Source: a virus
Direction: 5' to 3' (one strand)
IMG/VR virus record: IMGVR_UViG_3300000101_000010
Length of the DNA stretch: 64,000 nt
The notes beneath the pieces were generated by a model. The model worked only from the letters and a program-made list of their open reading frames with translations. It was not told the origin of the DNA and searched no databases. The position numbers and the translations under genes are program-made. Positions 39,753 to 48,483 of this stretch are shown piece by piece; positions within the stretch are counted from its first letter, which is position 1, and the number at the start of each line of letters is the position of its first letter.

Positions 39753-40382
39753 ATGGCAATTTCAACACTAAGCAAAATTACAGTACCTTTGGATTCTAGC
39801 TCTTCAGCTAGTAACCAAGGTTTGTTGATGCCGAAACTACAATACCGCTTTAGAGTGAGTCTTGAAAATTTTGGAGTATCAACACCAACAACAGAACTAA
39901 CCAAACAGGTTGTAGACGTAACAAGACCAAACGTTAGTTTCGAACAGATCACAGTAGACGTGTATAACTCACGTGTATACCTAGCAGGTAAACACACTTG
40001 GGAACCAATTACACTTAACTTACGTGAAGATGTTAGTAACAACGTACAAAAACTTGTTGGCGAGCAACTACAGAAACAATTTGACTTCTTCGAACAAAGT
40101 TCGGCGGCGTCAGGTAGCGATTACAAATTCGTTACAAGAATTGAAATATTAGACGGTGGTAACGGTGCTAATACAGCAAGTGTACTAGAGACATTTGAAT
40201 TGTATGGTTGTTACTTAGAGTCAGCAAACTATAACAGCTTGTCTTACTCTACTAACGATCCAGTAACTGTTGCACTAGCAATACGCTACGATAACGCTAT
40301 TCAAAGCCCACAAGGTACAGGCGTAGGAACAGCAATCGGACGTACAGTTAACACAGCTATTACAGGCGGCGGCGCAAGTTAA
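39753..40382 (+). CDS. gp19: Tail tube protein (gp19-like)
   Basis: Follows the sheath; PKLQYRFRV...RP.VSF...YLAGK.TWEPIT...ELYGCY....Y..L.Y....V.....IRYD. Confidence 0.85.
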   Translation: MAISTLSKITVPLDSSSSASNQGLLMPKLQYRFRVSLENFGVSTPTTELTKQVVDVTRPNVSFEQITVDVYNSRVYLAGKHTWEPITLNLREDVSNNVQKLVGEQLQKQFDFFEQSSAASGSDYKFVTRIEILDGGNGANTASVLETFELYGCYLESANYNSLSYSTNDPVTVALAIRYDNAIQSPQGTGVGTAIGRTVNTAITGGGAS

Positions 40383-40407
40383 TAGTTAACAATATTTCCT
40401 GAAACTT

Positions 40408-40442
40408 AAAAAGGGTGTCAATTAATTTTGACATCCTTTTTT
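40408..40442 (+). terminator. Rho-independent terminator, probably bidirectional
   Basis: aaaaagggtgtcaa-ttaatt-ttgacatcctttttt: stem with one G-U pair, flanked by A and T tracts, after the tube gene. Confidence 0.8.
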
Positions 40443-40468
40443 ATTCTGTACGCACTTATCTTATTAGG

Positions 40469-40475
40469 ATAAATA
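40469..40475 (+). promoter_or_regulatory. Late promoter box (ATAAATA)
   Basis: Downstream of the terminator, upstream of SD AGGAG and ATG 40495. Confidence 0.65.
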
Positions 40476-40494
40476 TTAATACAGGAGAGTAACA

Positions 40495-41850
40495 ATGGCA
40501 AATAAACTCAACGGGTTTTTAGATAATTTAGTAAGTGGTGCATTAAGCCCTAAAGGTAACTTAGGCGACCAAGCACACGCGGCTCGACTTTTTGTTGATG
40601 ACGCACATAGACTAAGTCCTAAAAGTAAATTTCTTTATCACGTAAGTTTTAATTTAAATCCTGAAGCAGTACAATTAATTCCTCAATTAAAAACACAAGA
40701 AATTAATATGCTTGTTAAAAGTGTTGACTTGCCTAAGTATCAAATTGCAACAACACTAAAGCATCAATACAATAAGAAAAGAAATTTACAAACAAGATTA
40801 GATTACGATCCTATTAACGTTGTATTCCACGATGACAACTTTGGTCAAACAACTGCTATGTGGGAAGCATACTATAGATATTATTTTAAAGATGGTAACT
40901 ATGCAAGTATAGACGGAAGTACAAATCCTAATACTTCTAATGCGGCGTACAATAGAGGATCAAGTTATCAAGGTGAAGCGGCAAACAGTTTTAGATACGG
41001 TATGGATAACGATTCTCTTAAACCGTTTTTTGAAAGTATTCAAATTTATCAAATGTCGAGAAAACGTTACACAGCGTTTACATTAGTTAACCCTATCATT
41101 AGTGAATGGGGACACGACACTATGGACAACAGTTCAAGTGACTCAGTTGCAAACAACATGACAATACAATACGAAACTGTATGGTATGCAAGAGGACCAG
41201 TTAAAGATGGTTCAGCACCTAAGAGCTTTGGTAGTGCAAGTGGCCATTACGATCAAGTACCAAGTCCTAATTCATTAGGAGGAGGCGGAACTAGTAGTGT
41301 GTTTGGTGTTGGCGGTATTGCAGGCGGCATTGGTGAAGTGTTTGGAGATATTAGTAGTGGTGCGGCATTTAGCAGTCCAACAAACTTTTTAGGTACAGTA
41401 TTAAAAGCAACTAGCATAACACAAAATGCTAAGAGCTTAGGTAAAGAAGGACTACGTGAAGAAGGATTTGGAATACTAAAAGACCAAATTGGTAAAGCAA
41501 CTGGCATCGATGTTAGTGGCGTAGCAAATCTTGCATTTCCTAAGTCAGGCGGTTCAGGTGGTAGCTTTAGCACTATTGCTACAGTTGCAGGCTTAACAAC
41601 ACTAGCCGGAGTTGCTAGTGGTAAAATTGGTAACCCACTAAGTAGTGTTACTAACTTCTTAAAAGGAAATCCAGGTGCGGCTGACTCAGTAGCTAAAAGT
41701 ACTTTCTTTAAGAAGGATCATATTAACAACGGCGGATCACCGTTACCGGAAATTATTAGTGCGGCATACAATGCACAAACGGCGGCAGATAAAGCATCAG
41801 CAAGAGAAAAAGCTATTTCAAATGCTAATGGTAATACTCTATTTACATAG
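40495..41850 (+). CDS. Baseplate / tail-tube initiator-like protein (gp48/gp54-like)
   Basis: Tube-fold-like N-terminus (LVKSVDLPKY...YDPI.V.FHDD...LVNP.I..W.HD...MTI.YE) with a Gly/Ser-rich tail. Confidence 0.6.
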   Translation: MANKLNGFLDNLVSGALSPKGNLGDQAHAARLFVDDAHRLSPKSKFLYHVSFNLNPEAVQLIPQLKTQEINMLVKSVDLPKYQIATTLKHQYNKKRNLQTRLDYDPINVVFHDDNFGQTTAMWEAYYRYYFKDGNYASIDGSTNPNTSNAAYNRGSSYQGEAANSFRYGMDNDSLKPFFESIQIYQMSRKRYTAFTLVNPIISEWGHDTMDNSSSDSVANNMTIQYETVWYARGPVKDGSAPKSFGSASGHYDQVPSPNSLGGGGTSSVFGVGGIAGGIGEVFGDISSGAAFSSPTNFLGTVLKATSITQNAKSLGKEGLREEGFGILKDQIGKATGIDVSGVANLAFPKSGGSGGSFSTIATVAGLTTLAGVASGKIGNPLSSVTNFLKGNPGAADSVAKSTFFKKDHINNGGSPLPEIISAAYNAQTAADKASAREKAISNANGNTLFT

Positions 41851-41859
41851 GATTAATTT

Positions 41860-42270
41860 ATGGGCGACAATATATCAACTAACAAAAATAGTACACCAAC
41901 TAATTTATATGGTAACCTTCCAGCTAAGGCAGGCGATAGTGCGACTAAAGTAAAACAATTCTTTAATCAATATTATTCAGAACCATTTGAATTTTCAAGT
42001 AACGAAGTTGATGCAACTGTAGCTTTCTTTTCTAAAAGAGGCTTTGATGAAGTTAGTGCTAATAGTGTTGCAACTATTGTTATGCAACAAGCAAAAATTG
42101 ATAACGTAAAAATCTTTGAGTTAATAGATACACTTGCCGGATTTGACCAAGTACAATTAAGTTCAGTAATTACAGAAATTTTAAATTACAATAGATCAAA
42201 AATCAGTACACTAGGTTACAAAGTAGACCAAGCAACTAATAAATTAGAAACTAGAAACATAGTGGTATAA
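41860..42270 (+). CDS. Hypothetical protein, likely virion assembly
   Basis: 136-aa ORF with SD AGGA in the structural operon. Confidence 0.55.
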   Translation: MGDNISTNKNSTPTNLYGNLPAKAGDSATKVKQFFNQYYSEPFEFSSNEVDATVAFFSKRGFDEVSANSVATIVMQQAKIDNVKIFELIDTLAGFDQVQLSSVITEILNYNRSKISTLGYKVDQATNKLETRNIVV

Positions 42271-42274
42271 TGCT

Positions 42275-42712
42275 ATGGGTAAGTTTGCTCAGGGTCGGTA
42301 TACATTAAAGTACCCCGAAAAATACTTAGGTACAAAGACACCTATATACAGAAGTAGTTGGGAATTTGCATTTATGAAATTCTGCGATGAAAGTCCTAGT
42401 GTTAGTAAATGGGCAAGTGAAAGTGTTAAGATACCATATAGAAATCCATTAACAGGTAAGCATACAGTTTATGTACCAGATTTCTTAATACAATACAGCG
42501 ATAAAAATGGTAGACCACATGTTGAACTAATTGAAGTTAAGCCTGATAATCAAACTATGAAAGAGAATGTTGGACGTGATAAATGGCGTCAAGCACAGTA
42601 TATCCAAAATGTTGCTAAGTGGGAAGCCGCTAGAGCGTGGTGTAAACAGAAGAAAATCTTCTTTAGAGTTATAACCGAAAAAGACATTTTTCACTCAGGC
42701 AAACGAAAATAG
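42275..42712 (+). CDS. gp4: Head completion nuclease (T4 gp4 / TnsA-N-like)
   Basis: YRSSWE..FM.FCD..P.V.KWASE...IPY.NP......YVPDF...IEVKP. Confidence 0.85.
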   Translation: MGKFAQGRYTLKYPEKYLGTKTPIYRSSWEFAFMKFCDESPSVSKWASESVKIPYRNPLTGKHTVYVPDFLIQYSDKNGRPHVELIEVKPDNQTMKENVGRDKWRQAQYIQNVAKWEAARAWCKQKKIFFRVITEKDIFHSGKRK

Positions 42713-42713
42713 G

Positions 42714-42720
42714 ATAAATA
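42714..42720 (+). promoter_or_regulatory. Late promoter box (ATAAATA)
   Basis: Intergenic, upstream of ATG 42747. Confidence 0.6.
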
Positions 42721-42746
42721 ATAGTAGCATATAATGGAAAACCAAA

Positions 42747-43235
42747 ATGACTAAGAAACTAGAAGAATTACTCAATTTGCCTGAAAGTCAGGAAATTATT
42801 AAACAAGAGCAATCAAACTCTAATGATGTTGTTAAAGCAGACCAACAAGAAGACTTTAGAGATATTGCAGAACTTGATAAAATTACTGCGGCATTACCAG
42901 CTGTAAAAGGACTAGGTGAATTAGCAGATAAAGAACTCAACGAAATTGCACTAAAGGCTACTACAGCCTATGATGATCTAATGGATTTGGGTATGAATGT
43001 GGAGAGTAGATATAGTGGCAGAGTATTTGAAGTGGCTGGAGGAATGCTTAAAACGGCTCTTGACGCCAAGGTTGCAAAACTAGATAAGAAATTAAAAATG
43101 ATTGACTTGCAACTTAAGAAAGAAAAGCAAGATAAAGACAGCGGATATGAAGATTCTGGGCTTGTAAATGGTGAAGGATACGTAGTTACTGACCGTAACA
43201 GTTTGCTTGAGAAATTGAAAAACATGGATAAATAA
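42747..43235 (+). CDS. Helical protein, possible small terminase subunit
   Basis: Coiled-coil composition, GRVFEVAG.ML..A..AK and DRNSLL tail reminiscent of gp16; near terL. Assignment is tentative. Confidence 0.4.
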   Translation: MTKKLEELLNLPESQEIIKQEQSNSNDVVKADQQEDFRDIAELDKITAALPAVKGLGELADKELNEIALKATTAYDDLMDLGMNVESRYSGRVFEVAGGMLKTALDAKVAKLDKKLKMIDLQLKKEKQDKDSGYEDSGLVNGEGYVVTDRNSLLEKLKNMDK

Positions 43236-43252
43236 ACATATAAGGAACTGAT

Positions 43253-43819
43253 ATGAAGACATTTGCAGATTATTTAACAGAGTCGAAAAAGACTTATAAA
43301 TTTAAAATTGGTATTGCAGGCGAACTACCTGAAGGTTGCATGGACACTATGGAACAATCACTTCAGAAGTTTGGTGTAATGAATATGACGGATTGTAAAC
43401 GAACACCGATTACAGAACGCCCATTAGATTTTCCACAGTTACAAAACTGCGAAGTTAATTACTGCGAAGCGGAATTAGCATATCCTACTATTGCACCTGT
43501 GTTAGCAGAATACTTAACACAGACATGCGGGTTACCACAGTCACACTTAATTGTAAGAAACTTAGATGCTCCACAAGAGCAATATCAAGATACAGAATAC
43601 ACTAAAGTTTATGAGCCAGCATTAGGTAGCGACTTACCAGAATCAGATCCAGCAGTTCATAAGCAAGTGACAGGTGAAAGAGTTATGGGCTTACTAGCAG
43701 AGCTAGAACAAGCACGTAAAGAAAGAGAGAATGATCCAATAGGAAGCATTCAACCAAACAAAGAACAAATTCAAGATATGGGCGAACCACAAAGCAAAAG
43801 CCCAATGGGGAGCAAATAA
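43253..43819 (+). CDS. Putative prohead core / internal head protein
   Basis: N-terminus MKTFADYLTES resembles the T4 capsid-targeting sequence MKTYQEFIAE; late box at 43228-43234. Confidence 0.5.
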   Translation: MKTFADYLTESKKTYKFKIGIAGELPEGCMDTMEQSLQKFGVMNMTDCKRTPITERPLDFPQLQNCEVNYCEAELAYPTIAPVLAEYLTQTCGLPQSHLIVRNLDAPQEQYQDTEYTKVYEPALGSDLPESDPAVHKQVTGERVMGLLAELEQARKERENDPIGSIQPNKEQIQDMGEPQSKSPMGSK

Positions 43820-43820
43820 T

Positions 43821-44459
43821 ATGAAACTAGAAGACATTTATAAAAAAATTGATGACCTTAACGAAGCGGCATCAATGAACATTTCATTAACAGGTGATAG
43901 TCCACAAGAAGTAGGCGAATTATTTAAAGTGTTAGGAGATAAAGATCTTAACCCAGAGCCAATGCCAAGTTTAGGTATGCGTGGCGACATTGAGAAATCA
44001 ATGGACATTATGAAAAAGATGGATGGTCCAAAAGATGGTCCAATGCCAATGAAGATGCCAAGTGACATGCCAACAAAACTTACAATGCAAGATGAGCCTA
44101 GCGATAACGAAGATTATGCTAACAGTCCAGATGAACAACATCAAGACACAAAGTATATGACTAAAGACTTATCCGGCGGACTTAATAAAGAAAAGAAAAC
44201 ATATCCAAAAGTAGCAGGCGGTGATAATCCAATGGCACTTGAAAATAAGATCAAAGAAGAATTAAAAGCTAAGTTTGCTGAAAAGTTTGGCGAAGCAAAA
44301 GAAGATAGTTTCGACGAAGCAGGCTGTAAAGCAGAAATGAAAAGACTTGACGCAAGTGGATGTTCAAAAAATGAAATGCTTAAAAAAGTAGATTCTAAAT
44401 TTGGTTGCGGCAAAGAAAAATTCGAAAAACTATACGCAAGTAGTTGCGGTAGTCACTAA
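43821..44459 (+). CDS. Putative prohead core protein, acidic and low-complexity
   Basis: MKLEDIYKKIDDLNEA; D/E/K/M/P-rich; co-transcribed with 43253. Confidence 0.45.
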   Translation: MKLEDIYKKIDDLNEAASMNISLTGDSPQEVGELFKVLGDKDLNPEPMPSLGMRGDIEKSMDIMKKMDGPKDGPMPMKMPSDMPTKLTMQDEPSDNEDYANSPDEQHQDTKYMTKDLSGGLNKEKKTYPKVAGGDNPMALENKIKEELKAKFAEKFGEAKEDSFDEAGCKAEMKRLDASGCSKNEMLKKVDSKFGCGKEKFEKLYASSCGSH

Positions 44460-44469
44460 GGAGATATAA

Positions 44470-44826
44470 ATGGCTGGATTTGCAAGAACTAATGGATTAA
44501 GTGTTACAGCAGGTAATGTATATTCCCATGGTGCTAAAGGGTTTTTAATCACAGTACAAGTTGCTGGTAATACAGATGTTGATTTGAGAGCTGAAGATGA
44601 TGCTGTTGATGAAGCAGTAGAAATGATTATTAAAGAAGTTAATCCTTTGATGTATGCTGTAAAAAACGATGCATCAGGTGAGATTAGCGTTATTACAGAC
44701 AGAAATACAAGCCCAGCGGACTTACAAGCACGTATTAGAGCATTAGGTACAGCAGTAGGACCAAACAACGTTGATGTAACAGGCACCGATGTTGTAGAAG
44801 CAACTTTCTTAACCGTAACTGGTTAA
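44470..44826 (+). CDS. Small virion protein, possible capsid decoration
   Basis: 118 aa, strong SD TAAGGAG, followed by a perfect terminator. Confidence 0.5.
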   Translation: MAGFARTNGLSVTAGNVYSHGAKGFLITVQVAGNTDVDLRAEDDAVDEAVEMIIKEVNPLMYAVKNDASGEISVITDRNTSPADLQARIRALGTAVGPNNVDVTGTDVVEATFLTVTG

Positions 44827-44865
44827 TCAAGAATAATAATAATAACAAACGTCACAACAACATTC

Positions 44866-44892
44866 AATACCCGCTCCGGCGGGTATTTTTTT
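44866..44892 (+). terminator. Rho-independent terminator
   Basis: aatacccgc-tccg-gcgggtatt followed by a T tract. Confidence 0.9.
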
Positions 44893-44894
44893 GA

Positions 44895-44901
44895 GTAAAT
44901 A
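44895..44901 (+). promoter_or_regulatory. Late promoter box (GTAAATA), 5 nt before the terL ATG
   Basis: Immediately after the terminator; no SD before ATG 44907. Confidence 0.65.
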
Positions 44902-44906
44902 ATAGT

Positions 44907-46496
44907 ATGGCAACAAAGAGTTTAGATGGTGTCTTAACAAAGAAGGCACACACAAGAGATACATATACCGAGGCGCAGATTGACGACCTTAAGCAATGCA
45001 TGGATCCAAAAGATGGATACTTGTACTTTGCTAAGAAGTTTGCATTTATTCAGCACCCTGTAAAAGGTAAATTATTATTTGATCCATATGGATATCAAGT
45101 ACGTTTACTACAGAGTTATCACGACTTCCGTTTTAACATTAATATGTTGCCAAGACAAACTGGTAAGACAACTACTGCCGCAATTTACTTGTGTTGGTAT
45201 GCAATGTTTCATCCAGATCAAACAATACTAATTGCCGCACACAAATATACAGGTGCCCAAGAAATTATGCAACGTATTAGATACGTGTATGAAATGTGTT
45301 CTGATCATATTAGAGCAGGTGTTACTAACTACAACAAGGGTAGCATGGAATTTGAAAACGGATCACGTATTGTTAGTGCTACTACAACAGGAAACACAGG
45401 ACGTGGTATGTCCATATCATTACTATACTGTGATGAGTTTGCATTTGTTAATCCTAACATTGCAGAAGAATTTTGGACATCAATATCTCCTACACTAGCA
45501 ACAGGTGGTCGTGCTATTATTACAAGTACACCTAATAGTGATGAAGATACATTTGCTGTTATTTGGAAAGAGTCAGAAGATAAATTTGACGAACACGGTA
45601 ACGAAGCATCTATTGGTAAGAATGGCTTTCATGGTTTTACATGTAGTTGGGACGAACATCCTGACAGAGATGAAGAATGGAGGAAGAATGAAATTGGGCG
45701 TATTGGTGAAGAAAAGTTTAGACGTGAGTATGGTTGTGAATTCTTAATCTATGATGAAACACTTATTAATAGTATTAAGTTAGCATCAATGGAAGGTACA
45801 GATCCAATACTTAATATGGGTCAAACACGTTGGTACGGCAAACCAACAGGTGATAACAACTATGTTGTTGCCCTTGATCCTAGTATGGGTACTGGAGGCG
45901 ACTTTGCCGCAATACAAGTATTTGAAGTACCAAGCTATAAGCAAATAGCAGAATGGAGACATAACGAAACTGCTATACCAGGACAGATTAGAGTTTTAAA
46001 AGATATATGTGATTATATTAAAGAGCAATGTAATAACAACGGATCAAACATATATTGGAGTGTAGAGAACAACAGTATTGGAGAAGGTGCATTAATTGTT
46101 ATTAGAGACCTTGGAGAAGAGAATATACCAGGGCTACTTACAAGTGAACCTATGCGTAAAGGACATGTGCGTAAGTTCCGTAAAGGATTTAACACAACAC
46201 ACAGTACTAAAATTAGTGCTTGTAGTCGATTAAAAACTATGATCGAAAACGATAAACTACAAGTAAACAGCAAAGTATTACTATCAGAGCTTAAAGGATT
46301 TGTAGCAAGTGGTAGTAGTTATAAAGCAAAACCCGGAGAAACAGACGATTTAGTTAGTGCAACATTGCTAAGTATGCGTATAATCGCAGTATTAAAAGAC
46401 TGGGATCCAAGAGTATACGAATCGTTCAATCAGGCAGAATCAAGCGAAGATTACGAACCGCCCATGCCTATATTCGTTTCGACTAATATGAGATAA
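44907..46496 (+). CDS. terL: Terminase large subunit (gp17-like)
   Basis: Walker A PRQTGKTT, Walker B LLYCDEFAF, TSTPN, nuclease VALDPSMG.GGD and DDLV. Confidence 0.95.
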   Translation: MATKSLDGVLTKKAHTRDTYTEAQIDDLKQCMDPKDGYLYFAKKFAFIQHPVKGKLLFDPYGYQVRLLQSYHDFRFNINMLPRQTGKTTTAAIYLCWYAMFHPDQTILIAAHKYTGAQEIMQRIRYVYEMCSDHIRAGVTNYNKGSMEFENGSRIVSATTTGNTGRGMSISLLYCDEFAFVNPNIAEEFWTSISPTLATGGRAIITSTPNSDEDTFAVIWKESEDKFDEHGNEASIGKNGFHGFTCSWDEHPDRDEEWRKNEIGRIGEEKFRREYGCEFLIYDETLINSIKLASMEGTDPILNMGQTRWYGKPTGDNNYVVALDPSMGTGGDFAAIQVFEVPSYKQIAEWRHNETAIPGQIRVLKDICDYIKEQCNNNGSNIYWSVENNSIGEGALIVIRDLGEENIPGLLTSEPMRKGHVRKFRKGFNTTHSTKISACSRLKTMIENDKLQVNSKVLLSELKGFVASGSSYKAKPGETDDLVSATLLSMRIIAVLKDWDPRVYESFNQAESSEDYEPPMPIFVSTNMR

Positions 46497-46504
46497 ATAT
46501 TAAC

Positions 46505-48343
46505 ATGAGCAACATGGAACCTATATCAGAAAAATTATTTGCCAAAATTAGAGGCAGATTCGAATCAGTAACAATCGGAGACGAGCAAGGTGCTGTAACA
46601 GATGAGCCAAGACTAGCAAAGTACTTTGATTTTGATTACAAAGAAGGTGCAAACGTACTAGGAAAAGTTAGTATCACACTAGATGAAAAGTCAGGTGTTA
46701 CTGTATTGTTTAATCAGGACTTTATGGCAGAAGCCGGAGAAGCTGAAAAGAACAATTGGTATAACTTTCTAAAAGAAATACGTATTTTTTCTAAGAAGCA
46801 TATGTTGAACTTTGATACAAGAGATATTACAAAAAGTAATCTAGACAAAAGAGATTACGCACACTTAACAAAAACTGCCGGAGAAACACAAATGAGTGAG
46901 TCAAAAATGTACGGTACTAGTAGAACAAGTTTCGAAGATATCGATACTGCTCGTTTAGTACTCAAGCACACGAAACCAGTGAACCAAGAAGTTCCTGGAT
47001 CAAGAACACAAAACGTACACAGTATGTATATTGAAAGTGAAGCTGGAGAAAGATTTAAATATCCATTCAGACACTTAAATGGTGCTAGAGCAATGGCACG
47101 CCACGTAGCAGAAGGCGGCAACCAGTACGATGACTTTGGTAAACACATTGTTGAGATGTCAACAGAATTAAACAAACTACGTAAGTTCAAAACTTACATG
47201 AACCGTTCAAGCGTAATGGCAGAAGGCTTAAAAGGTTACATGGAAGCAGTAGATGTAAGATTAGAAAACATCAAAACAGAAGTAATGAAACTACAACGTA
47301 GTAACTATTACAAAGAAACATTTGCAAATTTTGCTCCTGTAGTAAATGAAAATGTTCCAGAAGATGTTGCAGAAAATTGGATTGACCAATTAACTATCAG
47401 AACATTTAACGAAGAATTAAAAGATGTATTTCCTTACGTATATAGACTAGTAAGTGAAGTAACAACTGCAACTGAAACAACTCCAGAAGACTTTGTTACA
47501 GAAACTGAAGTAGAGGCAGAAGTAGAAGAAGCAGAAGTACAAACTCCAGAAATGGAATTTGAGAGGGCGTTAGACTCAATCGTAGGAGAGGAAGACAATG
47601 CATTAATTGACGGTGACGAAGAAGCACAAGCGGCCGCGGTTAAACAAATTAATGGCTTAATGGCTCAACATTTTCCTGCCGGGATAAACGGCACGAATGC
47701 AATCGAAAGCATGAAGGGCGTTATAGACGATCCAATGCTTTTAGACATGTTCAAGAAAGTTGGACAAAAAGATGCAGATACATGTGTCCGTCCATTAGTA
47801 ATGAAATACTTAAAAGGAAAGAATTCCAATATTATGAATCAAATTGATACGGGTGATTTAGCATCTGAATCAGATGACGACAATGTGCCATCAAAAAAAG
47901 CAGGCGATCCAACAACAGATTTTACAAAATGGTTAAAGAAAAACCATAATAAAGGTCCAAGAGATTTATCAGGCGATGAGTATACTAAGCATAGTAAGTC
48001 TTTTCAAGCACAAAAGAAAGCAAAAGAAGCTGACGACACAGGCACTATGGATGTCAAAATTAATCCTCAAGGACAAATGATGCACCCTGATACTCCAGAC
48101 GCAATGGACGGCGATCAAGGTGATGATAGAACACCAGGACAGAAGTTAGAAGAGCTAGTTAAGAGTTATTATGACTACACAACTAACAACTTTCCAAAAG
48201 GCGAACAAGCAGTAGTAACTGCATGTGAAAAAGAATTTGGTGAGAACAGCGTACCAGTAGCTGAGAAAATGATTGCAAGATTAATGCAAGGTAAAGATAG
48301 TGAGATGGAAAGAATCAAATCACTAGCAGGCATTAATAACTAA
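46505..48343 (+). CDS. Large hypothetical late protein (612 aa), possibly head core/scaffold
   Basis: Late box at 46493-46499; acidic, coiled-coil segments; no family recognised. Confidence 0.6.
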   Translation: MSNMEPISEKLFAKIRGRFESVTIGDEQGAVTDEPRLAKYFDFDYKEGANVLGKVSITLDEKSGVTVLFNQDFMAEAGEAEKNNWYNFLKEIRIFSKKHMLNFDTRDITKSNLDKRDYAHLTKTAGETQMSESKMYGTSRTSFEDIDTARLVLKHTKPVNQEVPGSRTQNVHSMYIESEAGERFKYPFRHLNGARAMARHVAEGGNQYDDFGKHIVEMSTELNKLRKFKTYMNRSSVMAEGLKGYMEAVDVRLENIKTEVMKLQRSNYYKETFANFAPVVNENVPEDVAENWIDQLTIRTFNEELKDVFPYVYRLVSEVTTATETTPEDFVTETEVEAEVEEAEVQTPEMEFERALDSIVGEEDNALIDGDEEAQAAAVKQINGLMAQHFPAGINGTNAIESMKGVIDDPMLLDMFKKVGQKDADTCVRPLVMKYLKGKNSNIMNQIDTGDLASESDDDNVPSKKAGDPTTDFTKWLKKNHNKGPRDLSGDEYTKHSKSFQAQKKAKEADDTGTMDVKINPQGQMMHPDTPDAMDGDQGDDRTPGQKLEELVKSYYDYTTNNFPKGEQAVVTACEKEFGENSVPVAEKMIARLMQGKDSEMERIKSLAGINN

Positions 48344-48369
48344 GAATCACTTTTTTGGCAACCTAGTGG

Positions 48370-48398
48370 TTGACATTACTAAGTAACTGTAGTAGTAT
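48370..48398 (+). promoter_or_regulatory. Sigma70-type promoter (TTGACA-17-TAGTAT)
   Basis: Consensus -35 and 17-nt spacer upstream of ssb. Confidence 0.75.
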
Positions 48399-48483
48399 AT
48401 AACATGTGCTACTACTTTAAAAGGCACAGCGGAATATTCCGCACTAAAGCACATAGGCTTAAAACTTATAGGAGGCAATAACT

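Noticed and set aside
42263-42277. TGgTATAAT extended -10 just before gp4
   Set aside because: Only 3 nt from the ATG, so a transcript would start inside the codon; probably a chance match over a stop codon.
44830-44862. aataataataataacaaac low-complexity run
   Set aside because: Short AT-rich spacer before a terminator; no repeat-spacer periodicity, so not a CRISPR array.
44907-46496. Inteins or introns in terL, uvsX or uvsW
   Set aside because: Lengths and motif spacing are ordinary, with no C-x-x...HN insertion.
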